Of a DNA stretch of 64,000 bases, positions 12,891-28,320 are shown piece by piece. This DNA is from Felis catus. Its lineage: Eukaryota. The stretch is taken from assembly GCF_018350175.1 (NCBI RefSeq), contig NC_058368.1, positions 71,116,001 to 71,180,000 of the forward strand, in the 5' to 3' direction. The notes under the pieces were generated by a model. The model was given only the letters and a program-made list of their open reading frames with translations. It had not been told where the DNA came from and ran no database searches. A program made the position numbers and the translations under genes. Each line of letters begins with the position of its first letter. Positions within the stretch are counted from its first letter, which is position 1.

Positions 12891-13971
12891 CCGGGGGCGG
12901 CGCGTGGTGCTGCAGGTGGGGCCCCGGTCCGGCTGCCGCGGCAGCAGCAGCCGCCGCCAGGTTCAGGTTTAAGTTCACGGCTCCGTAGCCGTGCAGGGCG
13001 GCGGCTGCAGCGGCCGCCACCGCCCCGTAGTGCGCATCCCCGGAGCGCGGCGCGAAGGGCGGCTCGGTACGTCCGTACAGCTCAGCCGCCGCGGCTGCCG
13101 CGGCCGCCGCCAGCCCCAAGCGCATCTGGCCGTTGAGCGGGTGCGGGTGGCCGCCGGGGGCTCCCGGAGCGTCGTGCAGCGCGGGGAAGAGCGCCGGGCC
13201 CCCGCCGCCGCTACCGTCCGGGCCCGCGTAGGTGCCGCTGGCCGAGATGAACATGCCAGCCGAGTGAGGAGGCGGGGCCGAGTGCTGGGGGGAGCCTGTG
13301 CCAGACCGCTGCTCCCCTCCAAGAGGGACCCCGTGCATGGCCGCCGCGGGGGCCGTGGCGGAAAGGTCCCTCCGGAGGACGAAGTCCCTGCTGTGGCCTT
13401 TGCCGCTGCTGCCGCCGCCGCCACTGTCGGTGGCGGTGTAGCCCGAGAGGGCAGGAGGAGGGGGAGGGGGAGGAGGAGGGGGTGAAGGGGAGGGAGGAAG
13501 AGGAGGGGCTGGGGGCGGGGGCGCGGAGGGCTGCGCGCGGCCGCTGCCCCCGCCACCGAGGTAGGTGCTGGCGCCGGGGTGCGCGACCGAGGCTGCAGCG
13601 CGGGCGGCGGCCGCCGGCGCCTCGGGATGTGCCGGGAGCGCCTTTGAGGGAGGGCTGAGGCCGAGCGCGCTCGCCTGGGCCATGTGCTCGGGTCCGAGCG
13701 GAGTGATGGCCACGCCGGGGTCAGAGCTCAGGTCCCGAGGGCGGAGGTGCGTGGCTGTGGCGCGGAGTTGGGAGTGGGCGGGCGGGCTGGCCAGCGCCGG
13801 GAAGCCTGTCATATTCTGAAGCGGCCTGGCCTGAGCCGTTGCCAAATCCGCTAATCTCAGCGCTGGCGGGTTCCTCTTGCTCAAAGGGGGCTCCATCAGA
13901 ACTACACAATCAGACCCATAGACCCTCACTGGGGGGACTTTTTTTTTCCCTCTGCCCACCTTCAAAAACAT
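12435..13971 (-). CDS. ZIC5: ZIC5 coding exon 1 (N-terminal Ala/Pro-rich region, ZF-NC, zinc fingers 1-3). The in-frame ATG at 13896 (MEPPLSKRN) is an alternative and probably the true start.
   Basis: ORF reads MFLKVGRG...[19 protein letters not shown]...[18 protein letters not shown]...HKRTHT. Phase-1 donor ACAG|GTGGGT at 12435/12434. Spliced CDS is 1537+443=1980 nt (659 aa; 634 aa from ATG 13896). Confidence 0.96.
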
Positions 13972-13972
13972 G

Positions 13973-14165
13973 TATATATTAGGCTCTCTTTAACTTCTTT
14001 GTCCTGGCCTCCTAACTCTGCGTATTCCTGTTCCCACTCTGTCCTCCAGCGATTGGCAGAGAGAACACATTTGAGCTGCACAGTGGGACCGAGATTTTGG
14101 AAATGGCATGGGTGGGATTGGAGGGAACATCGTGATTGACAGCAGCCACGACTGCCGGATTGGCT
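13973..14165 (-). promoter_or_regulatory. ZIC5 core/proximal promoter: TATA-like box, three CCAAT boxes, PBX-MEIS decamer
   Basis: Minus-strand TAATATATA at 13981-13973. CCAAT (plus-strand ATTGG) at 14052, 14117 and 14159. TGATTGACAG at 14133-14142. Confidence 0.7.
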
Positions 14166-17100
14166 CCCATTCAGGCCCTCGGCCCAGCGGGGATCCGCCC
14201 CCGTGCTCGCAGCATCCTTCGCTTTCGCTTCGCGCCCCCTCCTCCCCTGGAGCCCTACGTCCCCGCCTTCCAGGGGATGCCCAAGTTGCACTTGCAGAAA
14301 GTTTGTGCCGGGCCTGCGCGCGCAGCGCCCAGCGTTCCCATGACGCGCCTTTCGGAGAGCGTGCGCCGGCACGCGGCCGCAGGGCGCGGGGTGGGTAAGG
14401 GCTGAGGACCACCCCCCCACCCCACCCCGGGACAAAGGGGGTTGGGGGATAGCCCCCAACTTCAAAAACCTCCGCCTCACCGCACGCAGCGACTCCCCCA
14501 GCAGCATCCAAACACTTTCTACCTCCTCCGTTGGAAGAGCCCTGGGCTGCTCTCCGGAAGAGGAAGGTGAACCGTGTGCCGGTCGTCATACTTGTAGAGG
14601 TGATGCTAGAAACTTCTTATTTGGGAAGGACATCCAGTCTGCCGGGCGCTCAAGTAGAGCGCAGAATGAGGGAAGATATTAAAGTCTTATTGGTTGCAAA
14701 ACAACTTAAGTGATTTGGCTCCGCAAGACACCAGGTGAAGTCAAAATAAATCTTTCCCGAAAAGGAACCGTTTACCTCGACTTCTTAGCTCATGCAGTCC
14801 TTTTCAACGTGGTTCAAAGGAGTTGGCTTGAAGTGTAATCTCACTGATCGTCAGTTCTAGATCTGCCAGTTCCAATTAGATGTACGGGGGTGGGGGTGAG
14901 GCAACACCCGGCAGCGATTCTAACTTTTGCCTTTCTGAGATACAGTGGCAGGGCAGGCCAAACAGCAGCTCTCCAGAGGGAAGCGGCTAAATAAACAACA
15001 TCCTTCACGCAGAATTCCTCTTTTCGGCCCAGAGAGTACTCCTTACGTGCGCCTCAGTTTCTTTGAAAGGGCCATAAATTAAAACTGATCCAATAAAATG
15101 AATATTTAAAAATCAAGCAATACCTTTGCTATGTATTTACTATTAGAATAATCTCTTACCTTGTCATTGTTTTCTAATATACTGATCTAGGAGGCGAGAT
15201 GTCTTATTTGAAAACTGTAAACTGGCCTTGCGGGGGGGGGGGGGAGCGAGTTCCATCCTTTTCAAGGGATTTGTTATCAAATCACTTGACAAAAAGAGAT
15301 AGGTTCCTGCATCATTTTGGGGGGAGTAGAGAAATGTGGCATCCCCAAATTTCAGGGTTATTGCTGCCCAAAAGTGTCACTTCAGCTCTTAAAAAGAAAG
15401 CATCTTAAGATTTTGTGATGTTCCAAGATGTTCAAAAATTAAAGTCAGGGTTTTTAATTTTTATTTTGTTGCCTTGCATAAAATTATTCAAAAAAAAGTG
15501 TTATTGACTAAAATGTGAATTTTTTTCTTGGGGGGAGGTACAAAAAACAAGTTACCAGCTTGATTCATTTGCAGTCCAAGTAAAAATAGACTGCATAAAG
15601 ACATCATCTTAATGGTCCCGAGAGATGGTCCGGGGAAGTTGTAAGAAATATTTTCAAAAGAACTGATTCGATGGCCCCATTTACATCGGTGTGAGCAATG
15701 TTTAACAGGCAACCTCACTGTAAGCCTTGGGAATGTCATTCCTCTTAGAAAACTGACAAGCAAACAAAGAAAACACTACAATCAAATTTCAAATAGTTTT
15801 TTTTCTTTCGGCTTCAATGAAGTTCAAATACGGGAAATAAGAAAGGCATGAGTGCAAACACAATGAAAAAAATTAATAAACAACAGCGACAAAAATCCGC
15901 ATCTGCGTTTGGAGAGGATGAGTCCTTTCACAATTTTCCTTTCAAAGACTCAAAACGTCTCAAGCCAACCAGGCAAAAGTGGAGAAAGGACTGCCATCTC
16001 TGTGGACGGGTAATGGGGAAAGCATCATATTTGGAATTGTCACTACTGTCTTCCCCCATTCTCAGGACATTTCAAATGAGTTTCCTTTATTTGAATTTCT
16101 TGGCAATGAGCATCACTACTTCCATAATGGCAGCATTGCATTCAGTCCTGCAGGTTATAAGTAAAAACAAACCAAAAAATGAACGAATAAAGAAAGAAGA
16201 AAATAAGCACAACCTACCTTTTAATATGGACTATTGAGCATTTTTATTGTGCAATAAAATGAGTACCTCCACCCCCTTCAAAATAGCTTTTCCTCAAAAT
16301 TATAACTGCTTTGTTTTATTGAATTGCTGAAATTTAATGGTTTAATGGGTGAAGGCATGAAGGAAAGGCTGTAAAAATGTGAATAATGGTGCAGCAGAGC
16401 CGTGCGGAATCTGGAACCCGCCTCCTTGTACAACTCTTGTTAAACACAGCATGATATGTATCTGTCATCGATTTAATATGTCTTAATTCAAATATAGCTC
16501 CCTGATCAATTTCTTTTTATGGAAGCCTTAAAAAAGAAAAGACTTTCTTAGGAAATAATAGAGATTTGGATGATGATTAGAAAGAAAGATATTTAAGTAC
16601 GCTTAATGAATATTTGCAAATTTATGGCCAAACCCAGACTCTAAAAAGATAATTGACTCAGGTAAATCGACTTGAGATGCTAATTCTTAAAAGAAAGAAC
16701 TGGGAGCAAAATTTCAATCAACACCAATAAGGCGCCAATAAACTGCCTGCCAATTAAACCTGAGAATAGGCCTAGCTAGATGGTCACCAGGAAGGCTCAC
16801 AGTGGATTTCCCGGATTGCCTTTCTTTATAAAAGAGCTTTTTATTTTGTAGACGCGCTTTTTGTTATTGTGATGACCCGCCTGACCCCAGGTGCGCTGTT
16901 TCTTTTTCAAGCCGTTTGGGAGCCAAATCAACCCCCCTTAAACCTCCCGAGTTTCTAAGGACCCAATAACTGTGTAACACTTCCTAAATAAACACCAGCA
17001 ATTTCTAGGGCGCTGAAGAAAATAATAATAATGGTGTTGTTGTGTTTTGTTTTAAACAGGGGGGTATAGAAGTCGTTATGCCAGTTTCCGTCGGTGGATT

Positions 17101-20100
17101 CAGCCCCATATTTCTGCAGTGGTGATGGTTGTCAGGGCCGACTCAAACTCATGCCCTTGTCTGCGCTTTTGCAGTGGAGATGCTTGTATGGAGACAGCAG
17201 CAACGTGGCCATCTATGGAAATGCCCTTTCTGGGGTCAACAGGTGCTCCTGGGGAGCATCGATTTTCAGACTTCCCCTGTTGCACCCCGAATCCCAACCT
17301 TCTCCCAGAGCCAAACAAAGGCATGAGGAGGCTGAGGAGGTACAGAAAATGCCGAACTGGCCCGAACCCGGCGGCACCGCCGCGCTCAGCTGCCTTGAGG
17401 CAATAGGACCCGGTCGCGAAGATGCCTAGGCTGGCGCTTATGGCTACCCGCTGCGCGAAAGGGGGAGGGGGGCTGTGACTGAGGCTCCCCGGCGCCCTCC
17501 GTTCGTCACTGAGCACAGCCAAGTTTCCTTGTGATGGGTGTGGGCGATTAATAAACTTAAAGGAAGTGAATTGGACATTTCCTGGCTTTTGAGCCTTTGT
17601 TTGATTGTTTCTGCATGCGGGGGGAGGGGGAAAGCTAGGGACGGTGAGGTGGACAAGAAAGGATCTGGGGGACCCACCGAGCAGCCTTTCATTGCCCTTG
17701 CAATTGCTTTACCGCTCGCCAGCCCCGCGTGGTTTCAGCGAGGAAGTCCTCCTTGCTGAAGGACAGGGTGCCCGCCGGGTTTGGAGCGCCTAGTGCCATT
17801 TGGGCCGCACCAGAGCCAGGTTCAAGGGTGAACAGGGTGCCCCGAGTTACTCTGGGGTTCAGAACACTTTTGGAGCCCAGCCCAAGGGCGCCAGTAGGTG
17901 CTCAACCGGGAGGAGGAGGGTTACGCCAGCAGATACTGGAGGAAGTGGAGAAGGAGTACAGTCAGACCTCTCTAAAGCCCGCGCAAGGTGGGCAAGGGGA
18001 CCCACAAAGGTTCCTTTTCATTGAGCTTTTTCATGCCCGAAGTGATGAGGACTTTGGGTTCAAGGCTTTTCTCAAATCAGGCTGGCTAGGCGTCTAGGCA
18101 GTGAGGTACCCTGCCACCTCTCTCGGCCCCAAGCCTGGCTTGCACTGGGCAGGTACCAGATCCCCACACTTCCGCCTTCACCACTCCAGATCTAACCCCG
18201 TGTGAGCTGCCAGCCAGCCCTGGGGGGTTGGGTGCTCCCAAGAGCTGGGCAATTTTCAGCCCTCTGAGCGTCCCTCCCAAGGTTGCCTCTCCTTCCTGCC
18301 CTTCTGAGCTCACCCTGATTCCTCAGGCTTCACGGTTACCAGTCGGGCTAAGAGTAACCTAAAAATGTGCTTCTTGCTAAAGTTTATGATCCCTGTTCCA
18401 TGTACATGGGCTTAATGAGAATTTTTTTTTTTTTTTTTTTTTTTTTAGGGCACAAGATTGGGACTTTGTAGGCGTGACTGAAACGTTGGATTTGGGGGTT
18501 GTTTATTTTGGATAGTCAAGAATGGGACCCATCCCATGTCTACCTGACCTTGGTGCTTAAAAGCCCTTCAAAAATTATGGCTGTCTTTACTTCCCCATTA
18601 CTAAAAAATAACTTGAGTAAAATTGGCCTGTCATCAAATATTCTCATTTGGTTATCAATCATTTTTACCCTCAGAGATGGGGGTTGTAGGAGAATGGCCT
18701 TTGACCCACATATGACCATTAGGATTGGTAATTTCTTGGGAAATGCCTAATTGTTGTGCTTTAAAATACACTTAGAAGGTCAAAGCAGGAACCACAAAAC
18801 TCTCTTATGTGTTCACAGTCCATATAACCACCCAATATTTATTTATATTGGATCCCAGATGTGCTTCTCCTCCCCCCGCCCTTCATTCTTTATCTTTTAG
18901 GATGTTTTTGGATGAGAGGTAAAAGAGAGGCAGAGGTTGTGTGGGGTTTCTTTTTAATCTCAGATTTTGTGGGCACTTTCTGCCATTCCACACGCCTTCC
19001 AATACCTATACTTCAATATTTGAAGAAGCCATGGAGGCAAATCAAATACTGACACGTTGACGGATTTACTTGTGTAAGCAATATGGTTGACATATGGCAT
19101 TGTTATTTATGAATGACAGCATAAATTGTATTACAAAGTCTATTGCAATAATACTGCAGTTTATTGGAAAACTGCTCTCCTGTCACCAGTATTCAGCCTC
19201 CCTGGATGTAGTTCATTTGGGAGCCCCAAGGATAACGGTCTTCAAAATAATTAAACACATTCATGTACGCTAATGCCTCCTGTTTGGGGTGTGTTTTTCT
19301 TTTGCTTTGTTTTGCAGTAGAAACACCTCCCATCAGGAAAGAGGGGACAAAGTCAGGACAATTAGTTCTCTTCCTTTTGCAAAACCACAACCACTGTCAG
19401 ATAGAAATGGCGACTTTTTTTTTCTTTCTGAGTCCCTAATGACAAATAGACAAACATTTGCATCCCTATCACTAAACTGCCAGTGAGCATATATTTTATA
19501 TAGAGAGTTTTTATAAGCCCAGTTACAGAACAGTAAATTTTAACTGTAGGAAGAAGTTCTTTTAGCAGACTGGAGAGGGCCTTATCCTATGGTACCTCCC
19601 CACCTCCACTCAACCTCCCCCTTCTTAAAAAATGGTATTTAAAAGTTACAACATTGGCTGAGATTTTCATGATTTCCCCTTCTTTCACATTGCAGATTCT
19701 CTCTCTCTCTCTCTCTCTTTACATTACACTTCTCTGAAGCTCTGACAAAGAACTTTTGTTCTAGGTGGGTTTCACAGAGGGGGCTCCCCCACCACACATG
19801 TGGTCCTTCATGGGTCAGGGGTCGCCCAGCCCAGGAGTGGCTGAGAGGGCTGAATCAAAGGTGCCCTGCAACTTAATATCCTGTTGATGATCTTGTTGAA
19901 TTTATGAGTCTGTGATACTGAGGATGGTGCTAAAATCCTCTTTTTTTTTTTTTTTTTTTATTGGCCTGGTGTATATAGACAGCTGATTCCACATTTGTTT
20001 CTCTCATCTTTACCCCCTTCCCACCCCTTTCCTTAAGAGGAAATTAAAATTTTGAATAGTATGGACACGGAGTATTTATGTTTTCCAACTTAAAGGTCAG

Positions 20101-21376
20101 TTTTGTTTGCTTGTTTGTTTTTGGCTTCTCCTGGCTGGCAAGATATACCTTTGTGTGTGTGAGAGAGTATGTTGTATTGTGTACATACACATTGTTTTTA
20201 TGTATGTGTGCACACAAAATACTGGTCATGCTACAAAAGAAGTCAGTCAACCGTTCACAGAGGCCCACAAACCACAACGAGGTGCTCAGCGAATGAGTGG
20301 CTGGGTGTTTGATGGGATTTGCCGTTTTTGAAGACAAATTCTCTATGGCAGGGGAGAATGGACGCCAGACCCTGAGCCCATGGGCCGGCCGTCCGGGACC
20401 ATCCACATGAAGCAAAGCCCCAACTCTGTCCAGCCCCAGGCACCCACCCCGCGGGGGGAACGATGAGATCGTCAAAGAACAATTTTGGAGAACTTACAAA
20501 CGGGAACATGTTTGCCCGATGGAAACAGTTGTGGATCCCGGGGGTCTGACACCGCCAACGCGGGCCCTTCCTGAAACCTGTTGAAAAACTGATCACTTAC
20601 AAGGTACAGAACGCAGCCTAGCCGCTTTTTTCCCTTCTGCCAAGGAACCCAAATCTACTTTTGAGGCAATGACTCTGAAAGCCTTTGCAGTTTTTTCCCC
20701 CTTGCTTTCTTGCTCTTCTTTTTCTTCCTTAAAAAAAAAGAATAATAATAATAATAATAATAAAAGAATAGTGTGTTATGAGGGAAAGGGGCTTTGCGGT
20801 TTGTAGAGAAATAAAGCACTTCTAAGAGGGTATGGCGACATGACTTTGAACTTGGCTCAGCTCCTCTGTGTCCTGCAGAGAGAGAACTGGAGCCTGGAAA
20901 GAATAGTCAGGAGGGCCCAGCCCGCGGGCTCTCCGGCGGGAATTAAGGAGTCTGCCCCACCACCCGGTTGCACGCGGCCCCCGGAATCTACCGTGAGCCA
21001 GCGCCCAGCCGCGCCAGCCCGAACCGCAGGCGCTGCAAAAAGGAAATCAAAGCGAAGGTAGAGAATGGGGAAATGAGGAGAGGGACAGAGGAGTGGGGAG
21101 GAGGCGAGAAAGTGGGAAAGGAGGAAAACTTGAAGTCTGATGGCTGGCGAAAAGGAGGGAAGGGAGGTTTTTAGATGTGCAGGACTGCAATTCTCATGCC
21201 CAATCTCTAAGAAAATATTTTACTTTGTAAATATTTTTGGAGTAAGCTTTTCCAATATTCTCCCTCACTCCAACCCCCCATATAAATTGATGAATAAAGG
21301 AAACAAGTGTGCAAGGCTGTGCACTGGGCAATTTTTTATTGATTCAATGTAGCAAGGCAGCCTTTTCTCCCTGGAG

Positions 21377-21378
<2 letters not shown>

Positions 21379-21423
<45 letters not shown>

Positions 21424-21434
21424 ATCTCTCTCTC
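21379..21434. repeat. (CT)n microsatellite
   Basis: Directly visible. Confidence 0.95.
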
Positions 21435-24125
21435 AATGCCCTTTCTGCTTAGGGGGTTGGTATTCGCGGCCCACGCCCCCAACCCCCAACAGAGAGGTGT
21501 GTGGAAATGAGAAACATTTCCTCCTTTCAGGTAAGGCGAGAATCTCCAGCTTCCAGACAAAATCTCAGGCTTTCAGACAAGAAGACCCAGACTCCTTCCT
21601 TCTTGCCACCCTCCAACCGCAACGAGGGGTGGGCAGCGGGATGGCACAGGGCACCTTAAGCAAGGGGCTGCGGCCAGCTCTGACCTGCAGACACCCGCTT
21701 AAGCCAGGAGAGGCTGCCTGTGCGGGCGATAGAAAGCCCGGGTTCGTCCAGCAATAGCGAGCAAGAGTTGTCTTCCCGCGTTTTTGTTGATTCACTTCAA
21801 CGTGAACATTTTAAATGCGTACTGATTATTTTCTCTTACTTGAATTTTATTTCAACTCCCATAGACTTGTAAATAAAAGCAGTTCTCGGAGCCAGCTAGG
21901 CGAAGGGAGGCTCTGGCTTCAGGCCTTTCATTCACACCTCTGCAGCCTCCGGGCCCGCGGAAACCCTCTCCCGTTACCTCTGGGAGCACAAGCTTTCCGC
22001 AGCGGGATAGGAAATGTCCCCAACGGCCAACCAGGAGCCGGGGTGGGAGGCCGGGAGAGGGGGGCGGTTGTAGCCCCAGAGCCGCGAGGAAGGCCTGGCG
22101 CCGCGAAGGGAGCAGCCACCCGGCCCCGCCACCGCCCGAAGGTGCGGCGGCATTCCCCGCTCCTGGAGAAGCAGTGATTAATATCTTCTAGCAGGTTTAA
22201 GCCCTACCGGTCTGGAGGTTTCTTCTCTGGAGGCCCTGAGCCTGACCCTCGGTCAAACTCCAGCCAGAGCCTTGCCTGGCCGCGCGCCTCCGCCGGCCCC
22301 ATACTTCCCACCCCACGGTGGCAGCGGCTGGGGCATCTGGGCATCCACCCCGAGGATAACACTGTCTTTAAACGACTTCCAATCAACCCCCTCCCTCCCG
22401 GGGGCCGCTGCCCAGTGTTTACTGCTGTAATCGGAGCGGGACGCGAGCGGCGGGGGGAGCAGAGCGCGCCGAGCTGGGGGTGGGGGCCACAGCCTGGGAG
22501 GGGGGTGGTGTCTGGGTGAGTGTCCAGAGACCAGAAGGAACGGGCAAGTCTGGTTTTACCTGGGCCCACCATCCAGCACCTGTGTTTTCAATACCACTGA
22601 GTAAGTTTTTTAAAAAAAAAGGGGGGGGGGGGGTGGGGGGAGAAGATAGAGAGCGTGCCAACCGATCAGGGGACCGGTTCCCGGGACGCTCCCCACCGCG
22701 CGCTCCCGACGGGGCCCAGGGCCTGTAGAGTCCCGGCGCGTGGAAACCTCTCGCCCGGCGAACCCGGTTGCTAACCAAGTTCTCGAGCGACCACGACTGC
22801 CCGCTCTCGGTGCCCGTCAGGAGTGGCTCGGGTCCCCGGGGAGTCGGTGGCCTCTGCAGAAGGGCGCGAGTGCAGGGTGCTGTGTCCTCCGGACCCGGCC
22901 AAGGGCACAGTGACCCCGCGGTCCAGGCCAGCGCTACGCCGGCCTCCTGGCTCCGGGGAGCGCAGCGGCCAGCCGCGAACATGAGCCGCGGCGCCGGACG
23001 CTCAGGCGAGGAGCTGTAGGCTGGCAGGCCGGGCTGGCTGGGAAGATCCGCGGGATCCGCGGCTGCCGGGGCAGCGGGGAGCTTCGGGAGAGCGGGGGAG
23101 GAGTGTCGGATCAGCCGCGGGGCGGGGGCACCGGATTGACGGGGCCTCGGCGGCCAATGGCCGCGACGGAAGGGCGGGCGGGGCGGGAGCCGCCGTTAAA
23201 GGGGCGGTGTGACCGGGAGTCCCGGCCTGGAGCGGGAGGGAGAGAGGGAGAGAGGGGGAGAGGGAGGGAGGCCGGGGCGGGAGACGTGGGGACGAGGCGG
23301 GGGAGGGGAGAGGAAAAGGAGGAGACAAAAAATTAAAAAAAAAAAAAAGGCTTGCGGCGGCGTCTGTAGCGCCCACCGAAATAAACAGAGGTAGAGGTGG
23401 TGGCGAACGAAGCCCACCGCAGCAGAAAAGGGGGGACCTGATTTGGCCTCTTCGCACTTGCTCGGGTCTCGGACACCGGTCGGTCCTCAGGAGTGCGGCT
23501 GCCGGCTCCGGGTCCAGCGCCCCGAACCGACCGGCGAGAGGGAGCGAGCGAGCTAGAGATCACTTTTTTATTGTTGTTATTGTTTTTCAGCCTAGCCTCC
23601 CCTCCTCCCCTCCCTTTGCTAGCCTTCTCCCCTCCCACAGCCCCAATCTCTCCTCCTCCCCCTCCTCCTCCTCCCGCACAACTTAAAGAAAGAGGGAGCG
23701 GCGCGGCCGCTTCCTTCATCTGGGGGAATTCGTGGCTGCTGCAAGTTTACTACGCGAGGCGCAGCCAATGCCAAGCGCGGAGGACGAGGAGGGCTAAACA
23801 CCTCGGCCGCGGCTCCGAACAATACCCGCCGCGCACGGGGCGGCGCGAGTAGGGCCGCGGGGGAGGGAGCGGCCGACCGAGCGCGCTGCGGAGCGGGCGC
23901 CCGGCCTCCGCCTGCTGCCCTTGTGCCCCCGCCGCGGTCAGGTGGAGCCGCGGGCGCGCCGGGCCGGGGCGCGGAGCGCAGAGCTCGCCTCCGTCCCCTC
24001 CTCGCCCTCCTGCCTGGCCCGTTGCACAGCCGCCGCGCTCGGGCACCGTGGCCCCGCCGCTGCTGTGATTTCATTCTGCCGGCGCCGCTTGGTGCTGCCG
24101 GGCCCCGGGTCCGCGGGGCTGGTGA

Positions 24126-25856
<1,731 letters not shown>

Positions 25857-26206
25857 TAGTATCGGGCTGGGTTTTTCCATGTACGGAAACTGAGTTTTAA
25901 ATGATCAGTGTAACATCAAATATATGTTTTGGGTGATGCAGTTGCTTCATTTGCTCAGCCTTGGTTAATAATTTCCGTTCTAGATAGAACGCACAAAATA
26001 AAACTGCTCTCCAACTCGGCGCCCGGGAATCGAGCCTAGAGAGGATTTTGCCAGCTTGTCTGGATGTGCTTTTCTGCTCCGGCTGTGTGTCTGTGTTGGG
26101 TGGCTTGTGTGTTTTCCCACTTCTTTTACTCCGGGTCCAAACGTCCTTCCCGGGACTGTTTTTCCATTAAATGAGTCTGATGCGAGCCGAAACTGTAGAG
26201 CATTTC

Positions 26207-26238
<32 letters not shown>

Positions 26239-27312
26239 GTGTTTTTAAAGCCTATTTAGGGGTAGGTCACGGGGCTTTACGGTGGATTCGCAATAGTTTG
26301 TGAAAGTCTCTGATGGGCACCAGAGGGTTTGCGATTCCAAACTTGGACCAACAACTCGGTCAGAGAAAACCCCGGGGCAGCGCGGCCCCGCGGGGCAGTC
26401 GCGTGAGAAGAGGGAGCTGCAAAAGAACGCGCCTCTCGCCTCATAGATTATTCATCTCTGACCAGGTCCCAGCCAAAATCGTGCCAGACGATTTCCTAAA
26501 AGAAAGCCAAATGTTTTAGCAACTTCCCCCGTCAATATTTACTCCAAAGTGGGGATGCGCCAGCGGCCTATTGTTCTCTTCCGGGAAGGGAGGGAGCCGA
26601 GGTGCGAGACAAGCTTTTAACAAGGTTTAAAATTTGAGAAATTTATTTGCATGAAATGCTTTCGAGTCCTGTGTCTGAGCGGATGTCTTTAAAAAACAAT
26701 TTAGGTGCTAATGGAATTTAACGTTAAACGGCCCCCTTTCCAAGAGGAACGATGTTTGAGTTCTCACACCTCTAAATGACTCCAAGCATTTGGAATTCTG
26801 GCAACAGGATGCAGGGACCGCCAGAAAATTAAACAGGGAGATTTTGAAAGCCTTTGCTGACGCCCCCACCCCCCACTGCCCAGCCTGTGCCTATGCAATC
26901 GCTAGATGTTGTCTTATCTCTAATATTTACCTTTTTTTCCCCGGCTTATTTTAAAATGACTGGAAGTGAGACTAGAAGAATGGTTAATTTAATTTGCAGA
27001 ATTTTGGATGAAATATACTGGCTCAGTTACGAGCCACAGTCCCATCCCCAAACAACATAGCAACTCCAAATGTAATTGCCTACTGGCCCCAGAGACAAAC
27101 CGACAGCAGCCCAGCAGCCTGTGTGATTTTGATGATGCCCTAAATATTTTGTCATAATAACAGCTTCTCCATGGCGAGACCAATTTGTTAGAGGCTGCGA
27201 ATCCAAGGAGCCCTATAGAAAGGTGGGCAGGACGGGGTGCTACCCCAAATTCATTATAAATCTCAGGAAATGGGTGTTAGTCTGGAAGACAATTAAAATA
27301 TGACATAAATGA

Positions 27313-28320
<1,008 letters not shown>

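Larger units (their letters stand above)
11850..14500. promoter_or_regulatory. CpG island over ZIC5 exon 1 and promoter
   Basis: Very high GC and CpG density by inspection; boundaries approximate. Confidence 0.85.
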
